The notes under the pieces were generated by a model. That model saw nothing but the letters and a program-made list of their open reading frames with translations, searched no databases and was not told where the DNA came from. The translations under genes and the position numbers were made by a program. A stretch of 64,000 nucleotides of DNA from Callorhinchus milii (taxonomy: Eukaryota): contig NW_024704751.1 of the NCBI RefSeq assembly GCF_018977255.1, positions 8,680,001-8,744,000 of the forward strand, written 5' to 3'. Of this stretch, positions 48,532 to 60,709 are shown piece by piece (the stretch's first letter is position 1; each line of letters begins with the position of its first letter).

Positions 48532-51500
48532 ATGGCCCCGACCCCCCCCACCGGTCAGTGTCCCCCCCCCCCCACCCCCCACACACCCCCACCGGTCAGT
48601 GTCCCCCCCCACCCCCCCAACCCCCCCCCACCGGTCAGTGTCCCACCCCCCAACCCCCCCCACCGGTCAGTGTCCCCCCCCCACCCCCCCAACCCCCCCC
48701 ACCGGTCAGTGTCCCACCCCCCAACCCCCCCCACCGGTCAGTGTCCCCCCCCACCCCCCCAACCGGTCAGTGTCCCCCCACCCCCCAACCCCCCCCCACC
48801 GGTCAGTGTCCCACCCCCCCAACCCCCCCCCACCGGTCAGTGTCCCCCCCCCCCCCCCAACCCCCCCCCACCGGTCAGTGTCCCACCCCCCAACCCCCCC
48901 ACCGGTCAGTGTCCCCCCCCACCCCCCCAACCGGTCAGTGTCCCCCCCACCCCCCAACCCCCCCCACCGGTCAGTGTCCCCCCCCCCCCCCACCGGTCAG
49001 TGTCCCCCCCACCGGTCAGTGTCCCCCCCACCCCCCAACACCCCCCACCGGTCAGTGTCCCCCCCCCACCCCCCCAACCGGTCAGTGTCCCCCCCACCGG
49101 TCAGTGTCCCCCCCACCCCCCCACCGGTCAGTGTCCCCCCCCCCCCCACACCCTCCACCCCACACCCCCACCGGTCAGTGTCCCCCCCCCACACCCTCCA
49201 CCCCACACCCCCACCGATCAGTGTCCCCCCCCCAGCCCCCCCACCCCCCCCCCCACCCGTCAGTGTCCCCCACACCCCCCCCCCACCCCCACCGGTCAGT
49301 GTCCCCCCCAACCCCCCCACCGGTCAGTGTCCCCCCCACCCCCCCACCGATCAGTGTCCCCCCCACCCCACCCCCCCACCGGTCAGTGTCCCCCCCACCC
49401 CCCCACCTCCCCCCCCCCACCGGTCAGTGTCAGTTCCCGCTCCTCTGAAGACACACAAACACACACACACACCGCCTGACAATGCCCCCCCGCCCCCCCC
49501 CCCCCGGCACTGTATTGCAGTGTCAGCTCTCAGACGATATGGTTTCATGTCCTGATGTGGGGTTTGAACCCACAACCTTCTGACTCAGAGGCCAGAGACT
49601 GCGTCTGCCCCACACACTCAGTTAGGGCTGTTAGGGTAGAGGGGGGGGGGACAGCGTTGCCCCTCTGCCCTGTGGCTTTCCTCTCGGTCGCTGTGACCGA
49701 CCGACTGACCGGCGTTGGCCGCCTTTGTGTCTCTCAGAGCAGCTGCGGGGCCAGTACGCTGCGGGCTGCATCTCGGTGCTGGTGCTGGTCTTCGGGATAC
49801 CGCTATGGTGGAGGACGACGGAGACGTACCGCGCCACGCTGCCGTACTCCCGGATCAGCACGCTCGACCTGCTCCTGGTGAGACCGGAGGCCGGGGGTGG
49901 CTGTCACTGTGGCTGCCATGGATACGGGGGGGGGGTGGGGGTGGGGTGGGGTGGTGGGTGGGAGGGGGAGAGGTGACAGCTAGGGGGAGGGGGGAGAGAA
50001 TGCTAGGGGGTGGGGGGGAGAGAGAATGCTAGGGGGTGGGGGAGGGGGGAGAGAATGCTAGGGGGAGGGGGGGGAGAGAATGCTAGGGGGTGGGGGGGGA
50101 GAGAATGCTAGGGGGAGGTGGGGGGAGAGAATGCTAGGGGGAGGGGGGGAGAGAATGCTAGGGGGAGGGGGGGGAGAGAATGCTAGGGGGAGGTGGGGGG
50201 AGAGAATGCTAGGGGGAGGTGGGGGGAGAGAATGCTAGGGGGTGGGGGGGGGAGAGAATGCTAGGGGGAGGTGGGGGGAGAGAATGCTAGGGGGAGGTGG
50301 TGGGAGAGAATGCTAGGGGGAGGGGGGGGGAGAGAATGCTAGGGGGAGGTGGTGGGAGAGAATGCTAGGGGGAGGTGGTGGGAGAGAATGCTAGGGGGAA
50401 GGGGGGGAGAGAATGCTAGGGGGAGGGGGGGGAGAGAATGCTAGATTGATGCAAATAACAACTTGTATATATATAGATATATATATAGATATATCTATAC
50501 AGCGTCCCTACATATAGCGTTCCAGAGTGGTTGAGGACTGGTACAGGCAGCAGAGCAGAGTTGGAGGAGGCCGTAGAGGTGGGTGGTCCGAGACCCCGAA
50601 GGAGTTTGAAGCTCAGGTTGAGGATGAGCTGAGGGGAAGCAGAGTGTTGGTCGATGACCCTTGAGGTCCAGGCGCAGGTTGGCGAGTGATTGGTGCTGAC
50701 GGTGCAGTAACGCTGGTCTCCCCGCGGCAGCTGGACATGAGCGTGCCGGTGCAGGTGGTCTTCACAAAGGGGACGCTGACACCGGAGCAACACAGGAAGC
50801 TGCTGCCACAGACGCTCTTCAGCCAGAGAGAGAAACAGCTGACACGTGAGTAACACACGTGGCGTGTGGATTCCAGCAGATTCTTAAGCTCTGCGTCCGC
50901 GCTGTGTACCTGACCCTCTTCCGCCCCCCCACACCACCCACACCACCCACCCCAACCACCCCAGAATGGCCCCCGCGGATTGTGAATCTCTAGAAACGCA
51001 AACCTCTATGTCCCTGTGCCCCCCACCTGTCCCTCGTGTTGTGTTTAATCATTCCCTTTCCTCTCCCTCCCTCTCTCCCTCCCTCCCCCTCTCTCTCTCA
51101 CACACGCACAGATAAAACGGGGTTCAAGTACAGGTTCGAGGAGATGTTGAGAGCCGTCACTGTTACAGAGCAGGAAGCCATCGACAGCCAAACTGTGGAA
51201 GGTACAGAGTGACTGACTCCTGTCCTGAGAGTAAATGCTCTACTGCCCGCCCCACTCTGAGGCAGGGAGAGATGTGGGGGGGCGCGGGAGTGGGGAGCTC
51301 CTGGAGCGAGAGAAAGGTGCAACGAGGGTGTGGATGTTTGTGAGAGATGGGGTATCTCTCTAAGGGGGAGGGGGCCGTGGCTGTTGCTGTGGGGAGGGGT
51401 GGGGATCTCTCCGGGAGGGGTGGGCACTCTCGGGGAGATGGGTTGATGGCTTGGAGGGAAGGGCTCTGGGGGGAAGTGGGGGTGGGGATGGGGGGCATTG

Positions 51501-54500
51501 GTGGCTCTGCCCCTCTCTAATTCTGGTCGTTTTCAGAGGCGGGAGCAGCACTGGAGCGACTCTCTCCCGGCGTTCCGGGCTCGGTGACGGTCTACGTGAT
51601 CCCCAAGGATTCCCAGCTGCTGCCGGCGGAAGCGACGGTGCACGTGGGGAAGCACCGGGCGGCGTTCCTGCGCTCCCCCCTCACCCGCTCCCACCTGCCC
51701 GAGGAGGCGCTGCGCGACGTGGGGTCCGCCGTGCGGCAGGTTCTCGGGACCATGTCCTTCACCGAGGACTCGGTGATGGCGGCTTTGTCGGATCGCGTCC
51801 CCCCGGGGACCTTCAGCTCTGAGACCCTGACCGACAGTATGAGGGCTCTGAAATCCAGCCTGGGTGAGACTTCCGCTTGTCACTGTTCCTGTTTGTGCGA
51901 GGGGGGGCGGGGGTCGATGCTGCGGGCAATTGGCTGCCAGGTTTCACCCACAAATTACACAGTCACTGCACTTGGCAGCGTATCCCGCGAAGCGCTCTGA
52001 GACGTCTCGAAGACGTGATAAGACGCTGCGTCGATTGCAAGGATTATATTGTTGCTGTTACTTCAGGTTAGGGTACGTCTCTGACTCATATGTGAATCAT
52101 AGTGACCTGGGAGAGACACTGTGTGTGTTTGAATGTATTTGTGTGTGTATTTGGGGGAGGGGGGGAGAAAGCTGGGGAATCGTTCCCCACCTCCGCCTGC
52201 AAGCAAAGGGGAGGAATAAAGTTAGAGGAGGAAAGTGTTGAATTAAAAAAAAAACCCTTGCGGGGTTTTCAGCCTTGTTCCGTTCCTCCCCACAGGATAT
52301 GAGATCACCTTCAGTTTACTGAACCCTGATCCCAGGTCTCACCACATTTGCTGGGACATCGAGCGAGGCCTGAGGGACTACGTGCAGCCCTTCCTGGACA
52401 AGCTCGCCTTCGTCGCCAATTTCTCCGTCAGCTCCCAGGTAAGGAACACCCCGCACTCCTCTTCCTCCTCCTCACTAGACCAGGAGCTGCCCAGATCAGC
52501 AAACACAACGTGGCTTCCTTGTAGGATGGTCTTGATCATCGAGTGGGCTTTAATGCTGCACCTTAACAACTCTTTCTCCCTCTGTGTCTGTGTGTGTGTC
52601 TCTCTCTCTTTCCACCCCCTCCCTGTGTCTCTGTCTCTCTCTTACACTCCCTCCTCTAGCTGTGTCTCTGTCTCCTTCACTCCTCCCTCCCTGTGGCTCT
52701 CACTTTCACTCCTCTGTGTGTGTGTGTGTGTGTGTGGCTCTCTCTCTCACTCACCCCCCCCCAATCCCTATCTGTGTACATCTCTCTCTCTCTCATTCCT
52801 CTCTTCTCTGTGTCTCCTCACAGGTGCTGTACTATGTTGTTCTGGGAGTTACTCCCCGCTATGACAAGGCATCTTCCAGCTTCACCCTCACGGAGGACAG
52901 TCTGCCCCATGTCATCAACCCGGTGGAGGCCAAACTCGGTGAGGCATCCTCCCTTCCCCCGCCCCCAAACACTGAGTCTTGTGTGTGTCTGACTGACAAA
53001 TGAATATCTTTTGACATTTATTGATTCTTATTATCCCTCACGCTGCCTTTTAACTGAGTTTATCCTCTGTGGGGCGGTATCCGATGTTGAACCGAGGTCT
53101 CATCTTCTTGTTCAGGTGGACGTTAAAGATCCTGTGGCGCTATCGGAAAAGAGAAGGGAGTTTTTCTCTCTCTCTTTCTCTCTCTCCCGATGTCCTGGCC
53201 GAGAATCACCCCCAAAATAATAGTGGTCACTCACTCCATGGCTCCTTGTGGGACATTGCTGCGTGCAATTGTGCCGCTGTCTTTTCCGACAGATACACAG
53301 TCGCTGCACTTTACATTGTATCCTGCGAAGCGCTTTGAGACGTCCTTCTGACGTGATAAGACGTCATATATATCAAGTGCAAGGATTATTATTATTATAA
53401 ACCAACTACAGCCACGTGGTGGTGCTGCTCACCACAAGGTGAGCTATCTCACTTGCAATCTTTCCTCTTTCAAATCTGTTGTCCCCGCTCTCCTGAAAAA
53501 GCCCACCCTCAACTGTATTTTCTCCGAGCGCCCCCTTCTCTACTCCCTTCCTCTCCCCCGGCGCCTGCCGCCTGCGTTCTGCTGACCCATGGCTTTTGGA
53601 GGCCGGATCGGAGGGGCGTGGGGGGGTGAGCGAGGAGCCAGAAGCGGACTCATTCTCAGCAGCTTTGCTCGGGCAAGGCATTTAGCAGCAGCAGGACTGA
53701 ATGCGGCGAGTCTTGTGTGCGGAATAAACCGACCTTTGTCACAAGGGGCTGTGTACAGCGCCTTTGTCTGGGTCTCGCGTTCGCTAGACGTGTGCCAAGC
53801 ATTTTAATTCTACTTTAAACCAAGAGTTCTCTGTCTGTCTGTGAGCTCTGCCTAATCTCAGACTAAATTTGAATGCACTCGCTGTTTGTTGGAGTTGCTA
53901 TAGCGCCCCCTCCTCCCATTCCCACCCACGGCCTGGACTGCAAATAGCTGAATTCTGAGTCTGAAGGTTGTGGGTTCAAGCCCCACTTTGGGACATTGAA
54001 CTTTCAAAACTAGCCTGACCCAATGATTTTCTCGGAATAATAAAAATAATCCTTGCACTTGATACAGCGCCTTATCACGTCATTGAGATGCCCCAAAGCA
54101 CTTCACGGAATATACTACAAAGTGAATTGACTGTATTTTGTGGGCGAAACACGACAGCCAATTGCGCACAGCAGTGTCCCCACAAACAGTCGTGGGTTGA
54201 GTCACCAAATTATTTTTTTAAGTGATTATTTATTACTCCCAGAAAGGCAATCCACCAATTGACTAACAACCGGGTTCCTACTTACTGCTTGTAAACAGAG
54301 GCCTGTGGAGTAAGGAAACTTGCCTAAGCCATGAACGCACCTCCTACAATACAGCCGTCCCCCAGCACTGCACTGGAGTGTCAGCCTGGACTGTGAGCTC
54401 AAGTCACACAGCCTGTGACCCCCAGGAGAGTGTGTTGGCAGCTGAGGGGTTTAATGCTCCTTCTTTTCCTCCCCAGGCTCCAGTGTTACCTCGTCGTATC

Positions 54501-56711
54501 CAGTTCTAAACTTCCTTCTCTACGTGCCTGAATACTCTCACTCTCCTCTCTACATCCGGGACAGCCGTGGGGAGCCTGTCGAGACCAACGCGTTCCACAG
54601 CTCCCGATGGGGAGGCATCATGGTGTGTGATGGTGGTTTGTGCCGAGTGCCTGAGCTGTACCAACCCGCCCGCTCCCTCCACTCAGTGGGCTCCGGCCTG
54701 CTCCGTGCCCCCGGCCTTCCCTGCCCGCCTACCATCAGCGATCGGGCCTTCAGTTTTTATGTCCCACCCTTTGGAACTCCATCCCTTTCGCCTCCCTCCC
54801 CTCCCCTTCTCCAAGGCCCGTCTTAAGACCTTTCTCTTCGATTCCACCCCCGTTCGGAGACTCTCCTACCCCCACCCACCTTGCCCTCCACCCCCCCGTT
54901 GATCCCCAGCTCGGGTCCAAATCCAGCGTCGTAAGGAAGTCCTCCCGATGCAAAAGGCGCTGTGTTGTTGTTGTTGTTGTTGTTGCCACTGCCCCACAAA
55001 CAGCCAGGAAATGAATGACCCCAAGTTTATTTGGGGAGGGATTGTTGGCCAGGGATACCGGGAGAGAGAAACTCCCTTCTCCGTTCAAATAGTGGCACGG
55101 GACCTTTTTTACACCCACGTGAACAGACGGACGGGGCCGAGGTTTAACGTCTCATCCGCAGCGCGGCACCTCCGGCAAATGCTATTACCCGCGTTGTTGT
55201 TGAGGGCTGTGAAATGCAGGCCGAGAGGGAGAGACCAGCTACCGCAGCCCACGCTGAGCACTGGCTTGTCGGGTTCAGAGCCTCACTCGACAAACTCCCT
55301 GACCCTGCAGTGTGTCGTTGCTCGTCTCTTGTCAACAGCATCCAAACAGCAAGGTCTCCTGGTGACTGTTTCCACAGCAACCCTGCGATTCTTTCTCTCT
55401 GCCCTGCAGCACAGGACTTGGCACCAGGTTCATGTGCTGGTTTTTGGGGCGGAGGGTGTGTTGTGCCTGTCCTCGGTGTGTGCCCCTCCTACATACAAAC
55501 ACCCTCTTCCCTCCCTCCATCCCGCCTGACCGCGAGCCCCAACCCTTAGCCGCCCAGCACTTTGGGACGTCCTCCCTCCCCCCTCCCGTGAAAGGCGAGG
55601 CGTAAATGTAATTTTGTGATCTTGTGTTGTCTCAGGTTTACAATGTGGGTGAGAAGCCGCAGAACGAGACGGTGCTGCCGGTTACGGCTGACGTGGACAT
55701 GGAGCGGGTGATGGAGGTTTTCCTGGCTCAGCTCCGGTAAAGAGGCCATCGGTCAGAAACAGCTGCGGGGCTCGGTGTGTATGTGTGTGGGGGGGGTGGG
55801 GAGAGGGCGCAGGGATGGGTGGGGGAGCTGTGGGCTACCACGGGGTTGCTGACTGGGTGTCTGATGCTGTGGTTCCCCACCCCCACCCCAGCTTGCTGCT
55901 GGGGTTACAGACGCTGCTCCCTCCCCCGGGGTTCACCCTCGAGAGCCCCGGTAACTCCGCTCTGACCGACTGGGAGCTGGACCGGCTGCTGTGGATGAGG
56001 ACGGTGGAGAACATCGCCACAGCCACCAACACCCTGACCTCCCTCGCTCAGCTCCTGGATGAGATCGGCAACATAGTCATCAACGACCACATCGCCGCTC
56101 AGGTGGGTCCCCGGCCTCTCCTGGGCTCCACAACCCCAACTGGGGTGGGGGAGAGAGGGGCGAGGGGGAAGTGCTCAGTGCGTTGGGGTGGGGTGAAAAT
56201 GGGCTTGGTTTGTGTGCGGTGGGAGCGGGGGGCTTGGGAGTGTGCGTGTGTGTATGTGTGTGCACAGAGCTTGCTGTGTGCGTTTGTGGGGTGGGGGCTT
56301 GGGGTGTGTGTGCGTGGGGGTGTTGGGGAGACTTGGTGTGTGTATAGGTTGGAGGGGGGGGCAGTGATGGGGGCTCAGTGGGACGGGGGGAATCTGTGTG
56401 CCTGTGGTTGCCACACCCTGATACCCGACTCTCTCTCTCTCTGGTAGGTGTACCGGGCGGTGGACTGTGTGGAGGAGTCTCTTCGGGAGCTGGAGGCGGG
56501 GAGGTTGGCACCCGCGTTCCAGGCCAGTAAAGAGGCCGTCATGTCCTCGGAGACGGCCTTCTTCGACCCCTCGCTCCTCCACCTCCTGTATTTCCCCGAC
56601 GACCAGAAGTTTGCCATCTACATCCCACTCTTCCTGCCCATGGGAGTTCCCATCCTCCTCTCGCTGCTCAAGATCAGCAAGAAGCTCAAACAGAGGGACA
56701 AGAAGGAGTAA
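48532..56711 (+). CDS. pigs: GPI transamidase component PIG-S, 557 aa, 11 coding exons: 48532-48553, 49738-49877, 50731-50845, 51112-51201, 51537-51863, 52296-52438, 52824-52938, 54477-54622, 55636-55736, 55892-56102, 56448-56711
   Basis: [105 protein letters not shown]. All junctions GT-AG and in frame (1674 nt). Exon 1 (MAPTPPT+G) is inferred from the promoter and the phase match. Confidence 0.94.
48541..49430 (+). repeat. Minisatellite of ACCGGTCAGTGT plus poly-C spacers, about 27 copies, starting at the pigs exon 1/intron 1 junction
   Basis: By manual count, about 24 exact cores and 3 variants. Confidence 0.95.
49980..50445. repeat. G-rich minisatellite GAGAGAATGCTAGGGGGAGG(G/T)GGG in pigs intron 2
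   Basis: About 17 copies of a 26-28-nt unit. Confidence 0.93.
53075..53400 (+). mobile_element. DeuSINE-type SINE (Deu domain plus tail)
   Basis: GTTCAGGTGGACGTTAAAGATCCTGTGGCGCTATCGGAAAAGAGAAGGGAG ... GCAAGGATTATTATT. Confidence 0.72.
54035..54330 (-). mobile_element. tRNA-derived SINE lacking its head
   Basis: Reverse complement of the 45475 copy body and tail. Confidence 0.8.
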
Positions 56712-57015
56712 CCTTGAGGGTGGGGCTTGGGGGAGGGATTGACCACAGACTGGGGGAGAGGTGGTGGGGAGAGAAGGGGAGATGGGAGACATACACTGAA
56801 GACAAGAAGCATCTCAAGTCCAGGTTTGCCGGAGCCCGAGGCGCACAGATTTTTTTTTTGGTATTTTTCTATTTTTCGGTTCCATTAATTTATTGTGTTT
56901 TTCCTACGGTTGCTTCTCTCAGGAACCAAGTGAGCTTCTCTCTGAGGCGTCCCGAAAGACGTGATAAGGCGCCGTGTCAAATTCAAGGATTACTATTATT
57001 ATTTGTTTGCAAAGC

Positions 57016-57021
57016 AATAAA
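57016..57021 (+). terminator. Probable pigs polyadenylation signal
   Basis: AATAAA about 305 nt after the stop, just after a SINE tail fragment. Confidence 0.6.
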
Positions 57022-58929
57022 ATGCGAAACACTTATCTTCATTCTGAGACTTTTATGTCACTCTCAGCTCGCTGACCCCCTCCCCCCCCGCCCCCCACCA
57101 CCCCCATGCCCCATGTGTATGTGTCTGTTACGCTCTCTGCCCTGTGTGGGCTATTTCAGGACTGACACCAGGAAGTTTTTTTCTTTACTCAGAGGGTAAT
57201 TAAGTGTGTGTGTGTGTGTGCGCTTGAGACCAGTTATCACCCTCGTGTTTGAGTGCACATTCCAACAATCTATCTCTGGAATTTCCATGTGTAGGTGGGA
57301 TGCATGGAATTCTCAGCTCGGTTTGGATACTCCTACCAGGAACAAAATAACAACAAAATGACATTTATAGAGCGCCTTTCACGTCGGGAGGACATCCCAA
57401 AGCGCTGAACAGTCAGGTGTCGGGGCCCGAGCATGGGGGAAGGATGGTGTAGGGGTGAGGGAAGGCAGAGAGGGGGGAGGGAGACCAACGGCACGGTCAA
57501 AGAGATGGATCTTAAGACCGGCCTTGAAGGAGGCGAGGGAGGACGCGAGGCGAAGGGACCGTGGGATGGAATTCCAGAGTGTGGGGGCAGAGAGGCTGAA
57601 AGCCCGGCCACCGATGGTAGGGCGGGTCGGGCGGGAGACATGGAGCAGGCTGGAGCCCGCTGACCGGAGCAACGGTGATGGGTTTCCACACGTGTTAAGA
57701 CACTCGACTGACCCGTGCGTGTGTGTGTGATCAACTTTCTCCCCTGTGTGTGTGTGTATGTATGTATGTGTGTGTTCACTAACTTCGCTGTTTGTGTGTG
57801 TGTTCACTACCTCTCTCCCCTGTATGGGTGTCATCACCAGCTCCTTCCTCACTCTGTGTAATTTTCTTTCTCCCTCCTTTGCTGTCACCCTCTCTCTCTC
57901 CTTACCCCTCTCTCTGCACAGGTCTGAAGCAGACTGGTTAATTAAGTGGCCACTTTTTCCCCAGTAAATGCTATGTTCCCATTGTAACCACTGCTGTGTA
58001 TGACTGTGTTTTATCAACTGTTTATCAGTGAATTCCTGCTACAGAATAAATGAAATTGCAGGGTCTGAGCACAGTAATTAAGCTAATGACTAAGTACATT
58101 AATAACCATTCAACGTCTGTCTTCGCTTTGGTTTAGCTCAGTGTGAAGAACGAGGACAAATCGAGGGGTCTTTGTAGCTAAAGGTTTGAGAAGAGTTACA
58201 GGCAGGAGTATTTGGTTTCCTCCAACTATTTCTGATCAGTTTATCCCATTGGTTCTTTAATATTTTGCTGTTTGGGGACTGGATCTGTGTCCTACTTGTG
58301 TTTTTCTGATTGACCTGATATGATATTCTGCGGCATCTCCTTTTTCTGTTCCTCAGTATTTCAACCTTTCAAACCCGGGGCTCGTCAGTATGGGGCACTC
58401 GGCGTCCTGCCAAGAGGTGAGCAACTGGGGCACCTGACTACAGCCAACAGGGGATGAAGGTGGCCCGAGAGCGAGGGCTGGATTTACAGGGCAGCCATCG
58501 CTGTGTCCTTCACAGGCTCCACGCTCCTCCTGTTGGGTTGTTTCGGGGCTGGGGGGGGGGGGGGAGTGCTTGGTGAAGGGAAAAAGGGTGTCCGGTGAGG
58601 TGGGGGGAGGGCGGGGAGGGGGGTGGTGGTGGTGGGGGGGTGCTCAGTGATGAGGGTGGGTGGGGGGCGGTTAGAGATTCCTCGATCAACCGGGACCTCT
58701 CTATACTCTATCGAAGCCCATCAGGTCTTGAGCTGAACTGACTCCAAGGTGACATGTTCCTTAGTTCAGCTCAACTACGAGGAGCCTCCACTTACCCCCA
58801 CAACCCCCCCCCCCCCTCCTGATAGTGGGGTGGGAGGTGGTTGGGTCAGTGTGAAGGGGGGGGGGGTGATGGGATGGGGGGGTGGTCAGTGTGAAGGGGG
58901 GTGATGGTGTGTGTTGTGGAGGCGGTGGT

Positions 58930-59305
58930 CAATGTGTGTGTGGGGGGTGGGGGGAGAGTGTGTGTATAAGGGGGATGTGTGTGTGGGGGGTGCAGTGTGT
59001 GTGGGTGTGTGTGTGGGGGGTACAGGTGCAGTGTGTGTGGGGAGGGGGGTGCAGTGTGTGTGGGAGGAGAGGTGCAGTGTGTGTGTGGGGGGGGGTGCAG
59101 GTGCAGTGTGTGTGTGTGGGGGGGGGTACAGGTGCAGTGTGTGTGTGGGGGGGGGAGTGTGTGTGTGTGTGTGGGAGGGGTGCAGTGTGTGTGTGTGGGG
59201 GGGGTACAGGTGCAGTGTGTGTGTGTGGGGGGGGAGTGTGTGTGTGTGTGTGGGGGGGTACAGGTGCAGTGTGTGTGTGGGGGGAGAGTGTGTGTGTGGG
59301 GGGGG
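58930..59305. repeat. GT-rich minisatellite (GGTACAGGTGCAGTGTGTGTGTGGGG)
   Basis: Direct inspection. Confidence 0.9.
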
Positions 59306-59684
59306 TTTCTACCTCACCCCAACCTGGCGGATCAGGGCTGCACCATCGGCCGCCTCGGGAGGGAGGGTTCGGGCAGCGAAGCATTGCCGGAGCCGCTGTG
59401 TGCGAATGAGGGGTGTGGGGGTAAAGCCAGTGCGGTTGTGGGGTCAGAGGGGGAGAAGATTTATGAATGGGACGCGGGGGTGAGAGAGCGGAGCCCTCTG
59501 TGGGTGTGGGGGGGGATGTGGGGGTGATGGTGATGAGCGGCTCCTCCCCCCCCCCCCCCCCCCGCGGGCGGATGGAGCGGGCGGTTGACTGGATACATTG
59601 TAACGGTTTGTATGTATCACTCGCTCAGGTGAGACCCACCGCCCCCACCTCACAGCCCCCCCCACCTCACAGCCCCCCGTCACA

Positions 59685-60012
59685 GCACAGCCCACCTTAC
59701 CCCCCCCACCCCAGCCCACCTTACCCCCCATTCCAGCCCACCTTACCCCCCCAGCCCACCTTACCCCCCCCCCAGCCCACCTTACCCCCCAGCCACCTTA
59801 CCCCCCCAGCCCACCTTACCCCCCCAGCCCACCTTACCCCCCCCAGCCCACCTTACCCCCCCAGCCCACCTTACCCCCCCAGCCCACCTTACCCCCCCAG
59901 CCCACCTTACCCCCCCCAGCCCACCTTACCCCCCCAGCCCACCTTACCCCCCCAGCCCACCTTACCCCCACCCCAGCCCACCTTACCCCCCACCCCAGCC
60001 CACCTTACCCAG
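59685..60012. repeat. Minisatellite CAGCCCACCTTACCCCCC, about 17 copies
   Basis: 18-21-nt unit, counted by eye. Confidence 0.93.
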
Positions 60013-60164
60013 CCCAGACCAGCCCGGCACACATCACCCCCCAGCCCGGCCCCACCTGAGCCCTGCCCAGCGCACACACACCACCCCGAGCCAGTGCAGC
60101 CCCCCATCACCCCAGCACAGACAGCCCTGCTCAGCACGGCTTAGAGAGCCCCAGTCCTGCCCCC

Positions 60165-60590
60165 AGCAGACATCAGCCCAGCACAGCCCAGCACAACACT
60201 CAGCATAGCACCCAGCACAGCACAGCACACCCCAGCACAGCACAACACCCAACACAGCTCAGCACAGCCCAGCACAGCACAACACCCAGCAGCTCAGCCC
60301 AGCGCAACACCCAACACAGCTCAGCACACCCCAGCACAGCACACCCCAGCCCAGCACAACACCCAGCACAGCCCAGCACAACACCCAGCAGCTCAGCACA
60401 GCCCAGCACAACACCCAGCCCAGCACAGCCCAACAGCCCAGCACAACACCCAGCAGCTCAGCACAGCCCAGCACAACACCCAGCCCAGCCCAGCAGCCCA
60501 GCGCAACACCCAGCACAGCTCAGCACACCCCAGCACAGCTCAGCACAGCCCAGCACAACACCCAGCAGCCCAGCCCAGCCCAGCCCGGCC
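60165..60590. repeat. Pentamer satellite (CAGCC/CAGCA/CAGCT/CAACA) upstream of unc119
   Basis: Direct inspection. Confidence 0.9.
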
Positions 60591-60709
60591 ACAGTGGAGG
60601 AGGGAGAGGGAGGGGGAGGAGGAGGGAGTCGGGTTTGCACGCACTAAGCCGCTCGGGAGGAGGATTGCTCTGGGCTCCGGGCGGGCGGTGGGGAGAGGGA
60701 GGGAGAGAG

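Noticed and set aside
48388-49555. Three overlapping 318-363-aa extensin-like ORFs as independent genes
   Set aside because: Products of the C-rich minisatellite; only the frame from ATG 48532 is relevant, as part of pigs.
58882-60640. Multiple low-complexity ORFs upstream of unc119
   Set aside because: Translations of three adjacent satellites.
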